From Halocafeteria seosinensis (Eukaryota): 45,664 bases of DNA. The position numbers and the translations under genes were made by a program. The DNA is taken from assembly GCA_001687465.1 (NCBI GenBank), contig LVLI01000222.1, positions 1 to 45,664 of the forward strand. The letters run 5' to 3'. Under the pieces are notes generated by a model that did not search any database, was not told the origin of the DNA, and saw nothing but the letters and a program-made list of their open reading frames with translations. Below are positions 45,163-45,664 of this stretch, one piece after another (position 1 is the first letter of the stretch; every line of letters begins with the position of its first letter).

Positions 45163-45664
45163 CGCCACTCTCTTCTCCCGTACTAAAATAAACAAGAATT
45201 CACGAAACTTTCCATCCAAACTCCACTATCGGTACACAGTACTACGCACAGGTGACAGGTAACGTCCCCAGTTCCCGCTGCGAAACGCATGTGCGACCCA
45301 CTGACACCACAGCCTCACGCAGCTATTTGGCCATTGTAGGTCCTACGCACATTTCTCATTTTTGATTCCATTTTGCGGTTTGTTGTTAGTTAGAGCCATG
45401 TCAGCCGAACGGCAAGAAATTCCGAAGCTGCTCTTCCGAGACGACGTGCGACTGCATGTTGTGCTTCGGAGTACGTACTACACGCTTGTGGTGCCTACAT
45501 GTATCACTATACTACCCAAAGTCTACGGCTTTTCTATTTGTATCTAACAGTCGTTACTATGGGAGAAGTTGTACTGCTTCCCATCTCAACTCTTCCAGCT
45601 ATTCCAAGGTCACCGTGGTGGGGAATCGTCGCCTTGCTTGGCGGTGCCGGGGTGTGTGTGTGGG

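Noticed and set aside
45640..45664. GT-rich end (ggggtgtgtgtgtggg) as a telomere or element terminus
   Set aside because: Too short and cut by the window edge; compatible with a simple (GT)n microsatellite.

Overview
This is a gene-dense eukaryotic nuclear window using the standard genetic code (TAA, TAG and TGA all end genes). It is most likely from a flagellated protist; a stramenopile-like lineage is inferred from the phosphoglucomutase sequence and gene content. I reconstructed 12 protein-coding genes by hand-splicing about 22 short GT-AG introns (mostly 59-93 nt). In order: an unknown acidic protein, phosphoglucomutase, a two-repeat Auto_anti-p27/SSSCA1-type protein, a 3198-aa ankyrin-containing giant protein, an MFSD13A/TMEM180-like MFS transporter, an IQ/EF-hand/zinc-finger protein, a two-repeat Myb factor, a membrane-anchored torsin/Clp-like AAA+ ATPase, a ~3280-aa ferlin-like multi-C2 protein, an LC8-family dynein light chain, a single-pass membrane protein and a TPR-like protein. 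The most unusual object is the ferlin. It has an N-terminal PH domain hidden in spliced exons and has no C-terminal transmembrane anchor, ending instead in a CaaX-like lipidation signal (TCCGQM*). Also notable: two convergent genes whose stop codons interlock in one TTAA, twin 84-nt stop-free introns inside the Myb DNA-binding domain, strongly 5'-biased introns, and phased motif arrays in divergent promoters. I recognised no rRNA, tRNA, CRISPR array or intact mobile element. All family calls rest on motif recognition by eye, not on database searches.
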